A stretch of 64,000 nt of DNA from Janthinobacterium sp. (GCF_025356595.1 NZ_JANXSQ010000167.1), one strand, 5' to 3'. Counted from the first letter of the stretch, positions 23,768-36,254 are shown. Translations and numbers: made by a program. Notes: a model not told the origin generated them from the sequence alone.

Positions 23768-24391
23768 ATGCGTCTTTATTACCATCCTGTATCAACGTGC
23801 AGCCGCCGAGTCCTGATGACGGCGCATCACCTCGACATCAAAGTCGACCTCGTGCGGGTAGACCTGTTCAAAGGAGAGCAAAACTCAGCGGAATTCCTGA
23901 AGCTGAACCCGAATCATCGGGTCCCGGTTCTCGAACACGAGGGATTCGTTCTTTGGGAATCTTACGCAATTATGCAGTACTTGGCGGACATGACACCCGG
24001 CCAGACACTTTATCCCATCGATATCCGGGGCCGCGCGGATGTCAACCGCTGGCTCTTTTGGTGCGGGCAATACTTCATGGCTGGCATCGGCATTCTGAAC
24101 TGGGAGAACTCGATCAAGTCTTTGGCTGGCATCGGCCCGGCCGATCCGCTTGAGCTTGCGCGCGGCGAACGCCTTCTGATTGACGCTGCGAGTATTCTTG
24201 ATGAGCACCTCAACAAGCGGGAGTGGATTTGCGACACGGGCCTCTCGCTCGCCGATCTCGCCATGGCCGCACCGCTCGCCGATCAGCACCGCGCCAAACT
24301 TCCCATAGCCGACCTGCCCAACCTTCAGCGATGGTTCAAACAAGTCCAAGCTCTCGATTCATGGAAGAGCACGGAGGCGGCTTCCGCTTAA
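23768..24391 (+). CDS. Glutathione S-transferase
   Basis: MRLYYHPVSTCSRRV..KLNPNHRVPVLEHEGFVLWESYAIMQYL is a canonical GST N-domain. RBS AAGGAG lies upstream. Confidence 0.92.
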   Translation: MRLYYHPVSTCSRRVLMTAHHLDIKVDLVRVDLFKGEQNSAEFLKLNPNHRVPVLEHEGFVLWESYAIMQYLADMTPGQTLYPIDIRGRADVNRWLFWCGQYFMAGIGILNWENSIKSLAGIGPADPLELARGERLLIDAASILDEHLNKREWICDTGLSLADLAMAAPLADQHRAKLPIADLPNLQRWFKQVQALDSWKSTEAASA

Positions 24392-24572
24392 ACGGTGATG
24401 AGCGATGGCGCGGCGGCGCCAAGAGCGGCGCCGAAGTTCAGGCCATTGCGACTGTCGCCGCCGGCTTTGTGTGCTTTATTACCCGTTTCTGGGACGCCCC
24501 CGAACAGGCGCGCGGCGAAGAAACGGGCCCGGGCCCTTCGGCGCCGAGCCCGCGCTTGCGGCGGCGTTGGAA

Positions 24573-24776
24573 TCAGGCGGCGACCGGGTAGCCGGCTTCC
24601 TCGATGGCGCCGCGCACGCGCGCCAGTTCAACGCCGGTTTCGACCTTGACGGTCTTGCCGGCCAGGTCCACTTCGACCCGCGCCTGCGGGTCCAGCGCCT
24701 GCACCGCCTTGGTGACGGCGCCCACGCAATGGCCGCAACTCATCTTCTCGACTTGTAATTCATACATGACCGGCAC
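24573..24776 (-). CDS. copZ: Heavy-metal-associated (CopZ-like) metallochaperone
   Basis: MSCGHCV metal-binding loop. 64-67 aa ferredoxin-like HMA domain. The alternative start is 24767. Confidence 0.9.
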   Translation of the reverse strand: MPVMYELQVEKMSCGHCVGAVTKAVQALDPQARVEVDLAGKTVKVETGVELARVRGAIEEAGYPVAA

Positions 24777-24834
24777 TCCTCGTTAATATTGAAATCCCAT
24801 GGTGGGCCTTGCCACGGTGGGAAGGTCAAGCCCC

Positions 24835-25776
24835 TCAGGTCAGGCAGAAATCGATCGGACCCACGGGCGCCGGCAAGTCGGTCTCGCCCAGCGATTCGCG
24901 CAGATTGACCTCGATGGTGTGGCAGATGGCGTCCAGCGGCAGATCGTTGCTGTCGACGCCGAACGGTTCCTCGATCTCGTCGCCCAGGGCGTCCAGGCCG
25001 AAAAAGGTGTAGGCGACGATGCCGACCACGAAGGGCGTCATGAAGCCCAGCGAGTCGACCAGGCCGAAGGGCAGCAGGAAGCAATACAGGTAGGCGGTGC
25101 GGTGCAGCAGCAGCGAATACGAGAAGGGGATGGGCGTGCCCTTGATGCGTTCGCAGGCGGCGGCCGCGCCGGCCATCTGCGACAGGGTCAGGTCGATGCC
25201 GGAACCGAGGCAGCCCTCGAGGCGCTTTTCATTCAGGCACAGGCGCAGGTCCAGGCCCATCTGCAGCATCAGGTAGTCGGAGGGATTCGAGGCCTTGCCG
25301 GCCCGGCGCCACTCGTCCGCCCGCAGGAAGGGCTTCAGTTCCTCGGGACGGCGCAGGTCGCGCAATTGATGGCGCAGGGCGTGGGCGAAGGCGATGGTGC
25401 GGTAAATCATGCGCACCCGCACATCCTCCAGGCCCAGCGCCGCCGTGGCCGGTCCCTCGCCCTGGATCAGGCTCTGGCACTGGCGCGACAGGCTGCGGCT
25501 GCGGTGTACCAGTTCGCCCCACAGCTTGCGTCCTTCCCAGTAGCGGTCGTAGGCGGCGTTGTTGCGGAAGCCGAGGAAGATGGCCAGCGGCAGGCCGATC
25601 AGCGTGAAGGGAATCGTCGTCAGCGTCACCTTCTGGCTGAACAGCACGCCGTGCGACACGGTGACCAGGGTGGCGATGAGGATGTTGACGAACAGCGTCA
25701 GGCGGATGCGCGGCAGCACGGAGCCGCGCAGGACGAGGAACAGGCGGGGGCCGGAAGGGCGGTCGCGGACGATCAT
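24835..25776 (-). CDS. Bestrophin-family (UPF0187/YneE-like) anion channel
   Basis: Internal ATG at 25776 (MIVRDRP..). FLGFRNNAAYDRYWEGRKLWG signature. TM helices present. Confidence 0.88.
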   Translation of the reverse strand: MIVRDRPSGPRLFLVLRGSVLPRIRLTLFVNILIATLVTVSHGVLFSQKVTLTTIPFTLIGLPLAIFLGFRNNAAYDRYWEGRKLWGELVHRSRSLSRQCQSLIQGEGPATAALGLEDVRVRMIYRTIAFAHALRHQLRDLRRPEELKPFLRADEWRRAGKASNPSDYLMLQMGLDLRLCLNEKRLEGCLGSGIDLTLSQMAGAAAACERIKGTPIPFSYSLLLHRTAYLYCFLLPFGLVDSLGFMTPFVVGIVAYTFFGLDALGDEIEEPFGVDSNDLPLDAICHTIEVNLRESLGETDLPAPVGPIDFCLT

Positions 25777-26199
25777 CCGGCCTCCCCCCGCCGCCGGGGG
25801 CGCCGCGCCTCCCTTGCCGAATGGTGGGAGGGCGGCGTCGGCCGGAGACACAAAACCCGTTCAGGACACGGGTTGAAATCGATCTGCATGGGGAGAGGCG
25901 TAGATTGGAGCGCCTTAGTATAGGGCATCGCGGCGCATCTTGCCGGCGGGACGCTTTTTTTTGCCCGCTTTTCCGCGATGCCGTAATGATCCCGCGCAAA
26001 TCTTGTCGCGGCGGCATTATTGCCTGTTGTTGGATTGCGCCGCGGCGGGGATGATGATTGCATAATATTGGGAATCATCGGAAGATGTTGGCGTGACACT
26101 GGTTACCAACTGGTGCGCCATATTGATTGGGGACGGCATGATCCATGCCCGCAATTCAATGTTCACGCACACTTTCCGCCCACAACCAAGTCACCGACT

Positions 26200-28150
<1,951 letters not shown>

Positions 28151-28320
28151 CTAGCGCGCATAGCCTCCGGCGCGTGCGCGCCAGCGTCGCCGGCTGCCCC
28201 CTTGCGGGCTGGGCGGGCCTGCCGCTGGCGCTGGTGGCCGACAACACCTGGGAGGCCAGCGTCAACTTCGACGGCCAGGCGCGGCAGCGCTTCAAGTCGC
28301 GCCCAAAAACGGTCCCCCCA

Positions 28321-28343
28321 AAAAAAAGCCCCGCGTGCGGGGC
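28321..28343 (-). terminator. Rho-independent terminator downstream of the PhoH2 gene
   Basis: On the minus strand: GCCCCGC-acgc-GCGGGGC followed by T7. Confidence 0.7.
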
Positions 28344-28406
28344 AGGCGGGGCTTTCGGATGATGCGCGGGCCGTTGCCGGCCGCTACGCGGGTACGGGCA
28401 AACCTG

Positions 28407-30350
28407 TTACAACACTTCGCTGGCGTGATCGGCCAGGCGCGAACGCTCGCCGCGGGCCAGGGTGACGTGACCGCTGTGCGACCAACCCTTGAAGCGGTCG
28501 ACCACATAGGTCAGGCCGCTCGAACCTTCGGTCAGGTAAGGCGTGTCGATCTGCGCGATATTGCCCAGGCAGAGGATCTTGGTGCCGGGACCGGCGCGCG
28601 TGACCAGGGTCTTGACCTGTTTCGGCGTCAAGTTCTGCGCTTCGTCGATGATCAGGAACTTGTTGACGAAGGTGCGCCCGCGCATGAAGTTGAGCGATTT
28701 GATCTTGATGCGCGAACGGATCAGGTCCTGCGTCGCCGCGCGGCCCCATTCGCCGCCGTCGGAGTCGGACTTGTTGAGCACTTCCAGATTGTCGTCGAAG
28801 GCGCCCATCCACGGCGACATCTTCTCTTCCTCCGTGCCCGGCAGGAAACCGATGTCCTCGCCGACCGGCACCGTCACGCGGGTGACGATGATCTCGTTGT
28901 AGAGCTTCGTCTCCAGCACTTGCGCCAGGCCGGCGGCGAGCGCCAGCAGGGTCTTGCCGGTGCCGGCCTGGCCGAGCAGGGTGACGAAGTCGCATTCCGG
29001 ATTCATCAACAGGTTCAGCGCGAAGTTCTGCTCGCGGTTGCGGGCGGTGACGCCCCACACATTGTTCTTCGTGTGGCTGAAGTCGCGCAGCGTTTGCAGC
29101 ACGGCCGTCTTGCCGGTGATTTGCTTGACCTGGCCGTAGAACGACGCTTCGCCGTTCTTCGGTTCCAGGTAGATGAACTGGTTCACCAGCATCGAGGGCA
29201 CGAAGGGACCGGTGACGCGGTAGAAGGTCGAGCTGACGCCGCCCTTGTTTTCCTGCCAGGATTCCATGTCCTTGCCGTGCTTGTTCCAGAAATCGTCCGG
29301 CAATTGCACGATGCCCGAATACAGCAGGTCGGTGTCCTCCATCACATGGTCGTTGAAATAATCTTCAGCGGGCAGACCCAGGGCGCGGGCCTTGATGCGC
29401 ATGTTGATGTCCTTCGACACCAGCACCACCGGACGCTCCGGTTGCTCGGCTTCGAGCGAACGGACCACGGCCAGGATCTGGTTGTCGGCCTTGCCGACGG
29501 GCAGGCCCATCGGCAGGTCGGCGCTTTGCAGGCGGGTCTGGAAGAACAGACGGCCCTTGGCGTCCTTGTTGCCCAGTTTCGACAGCGGGATGCCGCTCTC
29601 GATGGCGTCGTCGTCCGTGTGGCCGACCAGGGCGTCGAGGGTGCGCGAAACCTGGCGGGCGTTGCGCGCCACTTCGGTCATGCCCTTCTTGTGGTCGTCC
29701 AGCTCTTCCAGCGTCATCATCGGCAGATAGACGTCGTGTTCCTCGAAGCGGAACAGCGATGAAGGGTCGTGCATCAGCACGTTCGTGTCGAGCACGAACA
29801 GCTTGGTCACGCCGCTCTGGTCGGCGGCGCGGCTGGCCGAGGACTTGAGCGGCACTTCGACCGGCTTGTGCTTGGCCGGATGCGGTTTCTCGACCGGCGC
29901 GCTCGGCGCGCTCGGCGCGATCGGCGTGACCTTGGCGCGCACGGCGGGCGCCTTGGCCTTGGCGGCCGGCGCGGCGACCGGCGCCACGGCGACCGGCGCC
30001 ACGGCAAGCGGTGCCACCGCGACCGGCGCGAGCGGCGCGGCGACCGGCGCGACCGGCTTGGCCACCATCAGGGCGGCGACTTGCTTGATCTTGGTGGCGG
30101 CGTTGCCGCGCGGCTTAGGCGCGGCGGCAGGCGCGGCGGCGACCGGCGCGGGCGCTGGCGCCGGCACGGCTTTCGGACGCGCGGCCGGGGCCGGCGCGCT
30201 CTTGGCCTGGGCGACGGCTTGCACCGCCGCCTTGCGGGCGGCAGGGGCAGGGGTGGCGCGCGCGCTGTCGGCCGTCGGGTAATCTTCCGCCAGCAGTATG
30301 GTGGCGGGCTTGCTAGGTAATTTTGGCAGTGGCATCAGGATCTCAATCAA
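28407..30350 (-). CDS. PhoH2-type protein: N-terminal PIN domain fused to a PhoH-like ATPase, with an Ala/Pro-rich leader
   Basis: FVLDTNVLMHDP (PIN). Walker A GQAGTGKT. DEAQN box (IIDEAQNLT). About 190 aa of low-complexity N-terminus, so the true start is uncertain. Confidence 0.9.
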   Translation of the reverse strand: MIEILMPLPKLPSKPATILLAEDYPTADSARATPAPAARKAAVQAVAQAKSAPAPAARPKAVPAPAPAPVAAAPAAAPKPRGNAATKIKQVAALMVAKPVAPVAAPLAPVAVAPLAVAPVAVAPVAAPAAKAKAPAVRAKVTPIAPSAPSAPVEKPHPAKHKPVEVPLKSSASRAADQSGVTKLFVLDTNVLMHDPSSLFRFEEHDVYLPMMTLEELDDHKKGMTEVARNARQVSRTLDALVGHTDDDAIESGIPLSKLGNKDAKGRLFFQTRLQSADLPMGLPVGKADNQILAVVRSLEAEQPERPVVLVSKDINMRIKARALGLPAEDYFNDHVMEDTDLLYSGIVQLPDDFWNKHGKDMESWQENKGGVSSTFYRVTGPFVPSMLVNQFIYLEPKNGEASFYGQVKQITGKTAVLQTLRDFSHTKNNVWGVTARNREQNFALNLLMNPECDFVTLLGQAGTGKTLLALAAGLAQVLETKLYNEIIVTRVTVPVGEDIGFLPGTEEEKMSPWMGAFDDNLEVLNKSDSDGGEWGRAATQDLIRSRIKIKSLNFMRGRTFVNKFLIIDEAQNLTPKQVKTLVTRAGPGTKILCLGNIAQIDTPYLTEGSSGLTYVVDRFKGWSHSGHVTLARGERSRLADHASEVL

Positions 30351-30596
30351 AAAATTTCTGGAATGGTCCGCCCACGGCCCGCCCGATTGCTGCGGCGGCG
30401 CGCATGGGTTGGATGCGATGGATAATGGGGTTAAAGGACTGCCTGCAGGCCTTGGTGTGGCCCGATGCGGATACCGTGGGCGGGCGCGCGGCCCGCCTGG
30501 TGGAGATGGTTAAGAACGCTCTTCGGTGACTCAATGGGCTGGTTCGGACTCTGTTTTACTACGGTTGATCAACTCTCCGGAAGCCGGCAACGCGCA

Positions 30597-31067
30597 TTAC
30601 TTCAGACGCGCTACGAATTCCAGCACTTCATCGACGTGGCCTGCGACTTTCACGCCTCTCCATTCTTTCACCAACCTGCCCTCAGCGTCAATCAGAAACG
30701 TGCTGCGCTCGACGCCACGGACAGTCTTACCATACATCTGTTTCATCTTCATGACGCCGAACTGCAGGCAGACCGCTTCGTCGCCGTCGGAGATGAGTTC
30801 GAACGGCAAGCCCAGCTTGGCCTTGAAGCCTTCGTGCGAGCGCAGCGAGTCGCGGCTGATGCCGTAGATCTCCACGCCGGCCTGCTGGAATTGCGGATAC
30901 AGGTCGCGGAAAGCCATGCTTTCGGTGGTGCATCCCGGAGTGTTGTCTTTCGGGTAGAAATACAGCACCGTGTACTTGGCCGCGCGGCCGCCCAGCTGGA
31001 AGCCGGCGGGGCCGGTCATGGCGGCGGAAAAATCGGGCACTACGGTTAAGGTTTGGCTATCAGCCAC
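30597..31067 (-). CDS. bcp: Thioredoxin-dependent peroxiredoxin Bcp
   Basis: YFYPKDNTPGCTTE peroxidatic Cys motif. Length is 156 aa. Confidence 0.94.
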   Translation of the reverse strand: MADSQTLTVVPDFSAAMTGPAGFQLGGRAAKYTVLYFYPKDNTPGCTTESMAFRDLYPQFQQAGVEIYGISRDSLRSHEGFKAKLGLPFELISDGDEAVCLQFGVMKMKQMYGKTVRGVERSTFLIDAEGRLVKEWRGVKVAGHVDEVLEFVARLK

Positions 31068-31139
31068 AGGCTCTCTCCTGAAGGGGCACGTCGGCGCTGC
31101 TGGATTTCCTGCCAGCGCAAGCAGGTCGGCGGGCGCGTT

Positions 31140-32114
31140 TCAGCGCGCCTTGCCCTGGATCATCAACTGGCCGGAGCGTCCCGGCACTTCGCCCCAGGCG
31201 ATGGGGCAGACGGGCAGGGCGCTGTCCTTGACCTTGTCGAAGTAATCGCCCATCGAGGCCAGTTGGTAACCCTGCTCGCGCCAGCCGGCCAGCAGTTGCT
31301 CGAAAATGGGGGCGAGTTTCTGTCCTTCAAGCTCGGCGTGCAAAGTATAGACGTGGTCGCGCGCGGCGCCGGCCGTCAACGCCAGCAGATGGGCGGCGAT
31401 GTTGCCCGTCGTGATCAGCTTGCCGTCGATTTCCCGGCCCAGCAATTCGTCCAGCGTCGGCAGCGTCGTCGGCAGCTGGATGCAGGACAGCGCGGCGGCG
31501 CCGTCGCCCAGGCGGTGCGGGCCGCTGGCGGCGTTCTGCAGGGCGCCGTCCTCGCGCAGCGGGGCCCGGCTGTCCGAGGCGTAGCGGTAGCCGGCCGTGT
31601 CGTGCTCGGCGAAGGCGGCGGCGTTCATCTGCCAGCCGGCCGCGCCTATGGTGCGCGGCGCGGCGCCGAACACTTCATGGTAGCGGGCGGCCGCCTTGCG
31701 CATCATCGCCAGGGTCCAGGCCGCGCCGCGTTTGGCGACGTTGTCCTGCCACAGCACATGGTCCCAGGTGTGGATGCCGCACTCGAAGCCGGCGTCGCGC
31801 ACGGCGCGCAGCTCGGCCGCGCACTGCTTGCCGATGTCCGGTCCGGGCAGCAGGGTGCCGTACATCAGGGTTTTGAAACCGTAATGCTCGACCACGGAGG
31901 TGCGCGAAACCTTGCTGAAGAAGCCGGGTTTCAGGGCCCGCCGCAGCGCCCAGCCGGTGTGGTCCGGACCCAGCGAGAACAGGAAGGTGGCGTGGGCGCC
32001 GTGCGCGCCCAGCATGCGCACCAGATTGCCCACGCCTTCGCGCGTGCCGCGGTAGGTGTCGACGTCGATCTTCAGCGTCAGCAGCGGGCCCTGGGGTGTC
32101 GTGCTTGGCGTCAA
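31140..32114 (-). CDS. arnD: 4-deoxy-4-formamido-L-arabinose-phosphoundecaprenol deformylase (polysaccharide deacetylase family)
   Basis: LTLKIDVDTYRGTREGV and HTWDH motifs. Sits at the end of the arn cluster. Confidence 0.88.
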   Translation of the reverse strand: MTPSTTPQGPLLTLKIDVDTYRGTREGVGNLVRMLGAHGAHATFLFSLGPDHTGWALRRALKPGFFSKVSRTSVVEHYGFKTLMYGTLLPGPDIGKQCAAELRAVRDAGFECGIHTWDHVLWQDNVAKRGAAWTLAMMRKAAARYHEVFGAAPRTIGAAGWQMNAAAFAEHDTAGYRYASDSRAPLREDGALQNAASGPHRLGDGAAALSCIQLPTTLPTLDELLGREIDGKLITTGNIAAHLLALTAGAARDHVYTLHAELEGQKLAPIFEQLLAGWREQGYQLASMGDYFDKVKDSALPVCPIAWGEVPGRSGQLMIQGKAR

Positions 32115-32118
32115 ATGA

Positions 32119-33171
32119 TCAATCCATCAAGGCTTTGGCTTCGGCTACCTGGCTGCGGTAGGCGTCGAAGATGTTGCGCAGGGAATCGGCCATGGTCGTG
32201 CTCGGCGCCCAATCCAGCTCCGCGCAGGTGTTGGTGATCTTCGGCACGCGGTTCTGCACGTCCTGGTAGCCGGCGCCGTAGTAGGCGCCCGAGGTCGTTT
32301 CGACGATCTGCACTTGCTTGGCGCCTTCGGCGTATTCCGGATATTCGGCCGCCAGAGTCAGCATCATGCCGGCCAGTTCGCGGATCGAATAGTTGTTGGT
32401 CGGGTTGCCGATGTTGTAGATCTTGCCGCTGGCGATGCCGTCCTTGTTGGCGATGATGCGGATCAGCGCGTCGATGCCGTCGTCGATGTAGGTGAAGGCG
32501 CGTTTCTGGGCGCCGCCGTCGACCAGCGAGATGTTCTCGCCGCGCACGATGTGGCCGAAGAACTGCGTGACCACGCGCGAGGAGCCTTCTTTCGGCGTGT
32601 GGATGGAGTCGAGGCCGGCGCCGATCCAGTTGAAGGGACGGAACAGGGTGAAGTTCAAGCCTTCCATGCCGTAGCCCCAGATCACGCGGTCCATCAATTG
32701 CTTGGCGTTCGAGTAGATCCAGCGCGGCTTGTTGATCGGGCCGCAGATCAGTTCCGAGTTTTCCGGATCGAATTCCTCGTCGTGGCACATGCCATACACT
32801 TCAGAGGTCGACGGGAACACCAGGTGCTTGCCGTACTTGGCGGCCGAACGCACGATCGGCAGGTTGGCCTCGAAGTCCAGCTCGAACACGCGCAATGGCT
32901 GCTTGACGTAGGTCGATGGCGTGGCGATGGCGACCAGCGGCAGGATCACGTCGCACTTCTTGACGTGGTACTCGACCCATTCCTTGTTGATCGTGATGTC
33001 GCCTTCGAAGAAGTGCATGCGCGACTTGTAGCTTTCATTGTCGAGCAGATCGCTGATGCGGTCGGACATCATGTCCATGCCATACACGTGCCAGTCGGTC
33101 GTTTCCAGGATGCGTTTCGACAGGTGGTGGCCGATGAAGCCGTTGACGCCGAGGATGAGGACTTTTTTCAT
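32119..33171 (-). CDS. arnA: UDP-glucuronate decarboxylase, equivalent to the ArnA C-terminal dehydrogenase domain, as a stand-alone protein
   Basis: [17 protein letters not shown] Rossmann motif. SDR-extended fold. Strong resemblance to the ArnA C-terminal half. Confidence 0.9.
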   Translation of the reverse strand: MKKVLILGVNGFIGHHLSKRILETTDWHVYGMDMMSDRISDLLDNESYKSRMHFFEGDITINKEWVEYHVKKCDVILPLVAIATPSTYVKQPLRVFELDFEANLPIVRSAAKYGKHLVFPSTSEVYGMCHDEEFDPENSELICGPINKPRWIYSNAKQLMDRVIWGYGMEGLNFTLFRPFNWIGAGLDSIHTPKEGSSRVVTQFFGHIVRGENISLVDGGAQKRAFTYIDDGIDALIRIIANKDGIASGKIYNIGNPTNNYSIRELAGMMLTLAAEYPEYAEGAKQVQIVETTSGAYYGAGYQDVQNRVPKITNTCAELDWAPSTTMADSLRNIFDAYRSQVAEAKALMD

Positions 33172-33193
33172 TTGATATTCTCTTGTGTAATGT

Positions 33194-34117
33194 TCATTGT
33201 GCGCGGGCAGGGGCGGCCAGACGGTCGCGCAATTGCGCCGCCGACACGGCCGCGCCGCCTGCCGTCAGGGCGGAAATCGCCAGCATGCGGCCATCGCCGC
33301 AGACGCCAAAGATGCAATTATCCACTACTGCCAAGCCCGGTGGCAAACTTCCCGCGCCCCGCGGGCTCAATCGGGCCCGTTCTATGGTGTAAACGATATC
33401 ATTTACTTCGGTGAAGGCGCCCGGATACGGCGGCGCCACCGCGCGGTGCAGGTTATACACCGTCTGCGCCGGCAGCGTCCAGTCGATGCGGCCATCGGCC
33501 GGCTTGCGCCCGCCGAAGTAGCCTCCCTGCGTCAAGTCGTTGGGCAGCTCCGGCGCCGTGCCCGCCAGCAGGGCCGGCAGCACCGTCCACAGCGTCTGTT
33601 CGGCAGCCACCGTGACCTTGCCGAAGACCTCGAAGGCGGTGTCGTCGGGCAGGATGGGCACGGCCGTCTGCGCCACGATGGCGCCGGCGTCCGGCTTCAC
33701 CGTCATGCGGTGCAGGGTGGCGCCGGTCCGCGCCGCGCCGTGCAGCACGGCCCAGTTGACGGGCGCGCGGCCGCGGAACTGCGGCAGCAGGGAGCCGTGC
33801 ATATTGTAGGCCGGCGCCACCTCCAGCAGCCCGGCCGGCAGCATGTTGCGGTAGTAGAAGCTGAACAGGAAATCCGGCCGCGCCGCTTGCACGCGGGCCA
33901 GCAGCTCGGGCGACCTGGCGTCGTCCGGCGTGACATAGGGAATGCCCTCGGCCCGGCACAGCGAGACCACCGACTCGAACCAGATGGCCTCGTCCGGATT
34001 GTCCTCGTGGGTGACGACCAGTTTGACGTCGACGCCGCCGGCCAGCAGCACCTTCAGGCAGCGCACGCCGACGTTGTGGTAGGCGAAGACGACGGCGCTT
34101 TGCGCGGCGGCGCGCAT
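33194..34117 (-). CDS. arnA: UDP-L-Ara4N formyltransferase, equivalent to the ArnA N-terminal domain, as a stand-alone protein
   Basis: Internal ATG at 34117 ([17 protein letters not shown]..). ATGA overlap with the arnC stop. Formyltransferase motifs [16 protein letters not shown]. Confidence 0.88.
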   Translation of the reverse strand: MRAAAQSAVVFAYHNVGVRCLKVLLAGGVDVKLVVTHEDNPDEAIWFESVVSLCRAEGIPYVTPDDARSPELLARVQAARPDFLFSFYYRNMLPAGLLEVAPAYNMHGSLLPQFRGRAPVNWAVLHGAARTGATLHRMTVKPDAGAIVAQTAVPILPDDTAFEVFGKVTVAAEQTLWTVLPALLAGTAPELPNDLTQGGYFGGRKPADGRIDWTLPAQTVYNLHRAVAPPYPGAFTEVNDIVYTIERARLSPRGAGSLPPGLAVVDNCIFGVCGDGRMLAISALTAGGAAVSAAQLRDRLAAPARAQ

Positions 34118-35121
34118 CAGCGGCCCACCTTGCGTTTTTCCGGCGCGTCGACGGGCAGTTCCCGCTGGTTCGGACCCTGCTGCTGCAGGATGGTCTGCAC
34201 CACGTAGCGGGGCCGCGCGCGCACCTGCTGGAAGATGCGTCCGACGTATTCGCCGAGCAGGCCGATGCCGAACAAGATCACGCCCATGAAGAAGAAGGCG
34301 ATGGCGAACAGGGTGAACACGCCCTCGGCCTCGGCGCCCAGCACGAAGCGGCGCACCAGCAGGAACAGCACCAGCAGGGCCGAGCCGGCCGACAGCGCCA
34401 TGCCCAGCATGGAGAACATTTGCAGCGGGATCAGCGAAAAGCCGGTGACGAGGTCGAAATTGAGGCGGATCAGGCTGTACAGGGAATACTTCGATTCGCC
34501 CGCCGAGCGCTCCTCGTGCTCGACCGTGATCTCGGTCGGCTTGCGCGAGAAGGTGTAGGCCAGCGCCGGCACGAAGGTGTTCACCTCGGCGCACTGGTTG
34601 ACCAGGTCGATGACGTTGCGGCCGTAGGCGCGCAGCATATTGCCCTGGTCGGTGATCTTGATGTTGGTGATTTTTTCGCGGATGCGGTTCATCATCTTCG
34701 AGGCGACGGTGCGCCAGGCCGAATCCTGGCGCTTGCGGCGGATCGAGCCGACGTAGTCGTAGCCTTCGCGCATCTTCGCCACCAGGTGCTTGATCTCCTC
34801 CGGCGGATTCTGCAGGTCGGCGTCGAGGGTGACCATGATCTGCCCGCGGGAGGCCTCGAAGCCGGCCAGGATCGCCATGTGCTGACCATAGTTGCCGTTG
34901 AACAGGACCACGCGGGTGACGTCGGGGCGCAGGCGGAACTGCTCGGCCAGGATGGACACCGAGTTGTCGCGGCTGCCGTCGTTGACGAACAGGATTTCGT
35001 AGGACATGTGCAGGGCGTCGAGGGCCGGGTAGAGGCGCGCGAACAGCGCGGCCAGGCCGGCCTGCTCGTTGTAGATCGGAATGACGACGGACAATTCTGG
35101 TTTCATCGGCGCGCCCGTCAT
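34117..35121 (-). CDS. arnC: Undecaprenyl-phosphate 4-deoxy-4-formamido-L-arabinose transferase (GT2)
   Basis: LSVVIPIYNE..NDGSRD..LDADLQ GT2 motifs plus two C-terminal TM helices. ATGA overlap with the arnB stop. The alternative start is 35106. Confidence 0.92.
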   Translation of the reverse strand: MTGAPMKPELSVVIPIYNEQAGLAALFARLYPALDALHMSYEILFVNDGSRDNSVSILAEQFRLRPDVTRVVLFNGNYGQHMAILAGFEASRGQIMVTLDADLQNPPEEIKHLVAKMREGYDYVGSIRRKRQDSAWRTVASKMMNRIREKITNIKITDQGNMLRAYGRNVIDLVNQCAEVNTFVPALAYTFSRKPTEITVEHEERSAGESKYSLYSLIRLNFDLVTGFSLIPLQMFSMLGMALSAGSALLVLFLLVRRFVLGAEAEGVFTLFAIAFFFMGVILFGIGLLGEYVGRIFQQVRARPRYVVQTILQQQGPNQRELPVDAPEKRKVGR

Positions 35122-36254
35122 TTGATCAGGATGGTTTTGACGGCGGCCACGGCGCGCTCGACGTCGGCGATGGTCATGGCGTAGAACATCGGCAGGGTCA
35201 CGGTCAGGCGGCCGATTTTCTCGGCGACGGGGAACATGCCCTCGCGGAAGCCGCGCTCCTTGTACATCGTGAACAGGTGTATGGGCGCGTAGTGGTAGCC
35301 GGTGCCGATGTTGTGCGTCGCCATCTCGGTCATGAAGGCGGCGCGCGTGCCGGGGCCGCGGTCGGGCAGGATGATCTGGAACAGGTGGCAGTTGCTGTGC
35401 TCGAGATCGGCCAGCGGCAGTTGCGCGCCGCTGGCCGCCTCGAAGCCGGCGCCGAACTGCTCGAAGTAATGGCGCGCCAGGGCGCGGCGGTGCGCCGTGA
35501 TGGCCTCGACATTGGCCAGCTGGCCGATGCCGATGGCGCCCATGATGTCGCTCATATTGTACTTGCCGCCCAGGACGTCGACATCGATGCCGTCGACGCC
35601 GCTGCGGGTGACGCCCTGCAGGCGGTACTTCTCGGCCAGGCGGGCCTCCTCGGCGTTGTTGAGCACCAGGCAGCCGCCTTCGCCGGTGGTGATGTTCTTG
35701 TTGGCCTGGAAGCTGAAGGAAACGAAGTCGCCGAAGGAGCCGATGCGCTTGCCCTTCCAGCTCGAGCCGATGGCCTGGGCCGCGTCCTCGACCACGCGCA
35801 GCTTGTATTTGTCGGCGATGGCGTACAGGCGGTCCATGTCGACCGGCAGGCCGGACAGGTGGACCGGGATGATGGCCCTGGTGCGCGGCGTGATGGCCGC
35901 CTCCAGCTTGTCGAGGTCGATGTTGCGGGTCAGCGGGTCGATGTCGGCGAAGACCGGCGTGGCGCCCACCTCGATGATGACGTTGGCCGTGGCGACCCAG
36001 GAAATGGGTGTCGTGATGACCTCGTCGCCGGGGCCGATGCCGGCGATGCGCAGCGCGATCTCCATCGTGCAGGTGCCGGAATTGAAGGTGCGCACGGGGC
36101 GCCCGCCGAAGTATTCGGACAGTTGCGCCTCGAAGGCTTGCACTTTCGGGCCGCTGGTGATCCAGCCGGAGCGCAGCACCTCGCCGACGGCGGCGATGGT
36201 CGCTTCATCGATGGTGGGTTTGGAAAAGGGCAGGAAAGGCAGTGCAGAAGTCAT
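35118..36254 (-). CDS. arnB: UDP-4-amino-4-deoxy-L-arabinose--oxoglutarate aminotransferase (DegT/DnrJ/EryC1 family)
   Basis: Internal ATG at 36254 (MTSALPFLPFSKPTIDE..). PLP-lysine context SFQANKNITTGEGG. Confidence 0.92.
   Translation of the reverse strand: MTSALPFLPFSKPTIDEATIAAVGEVLRSGWITSGPKVQAFEAQLSEYFGGRPVRTFNSGTCTMEIALRIAGIGPGDEVITTPISWVATANVIIEVGATPVFADIDPLTRNIDLDKLEAAITPRTRAIIPVHLSGLPVDMDRLYAIADKYKLRVVEDAAQAIGSSWKGKRIGSFGDFVSFSFQANKNITTGEGGCLVLNNAEEARLAEKYRLQGVTRSGVDGIDVDVLGGKYNMSDIMGAIGIGQLANVEAITAHRRALARHYFEQFGAGFEAASGAQLPLADLEHSNCHLFQIILPDRGPGTRAAFMTEMATHNIGTGYHYAPIHLFTMYKERGFREGMFPVAEKIGRLTVTLPMFYAMTIADVERAVAAVKTILIK

Noticed and set aside
28335-29762. A 475-aa plus-strand ORF antisense to PhoH2. 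There are also plus-strand ORFs at 36364..38151 (antisense to arnT), 43974..45605 (antisense to tctE) and 32314..33414 (antisense to the arnA decarboxylase gene).
   Set aside because: Same shadow-ORF signature. The opposite strand carries the Walker, PIN, GT and H-box motifs.
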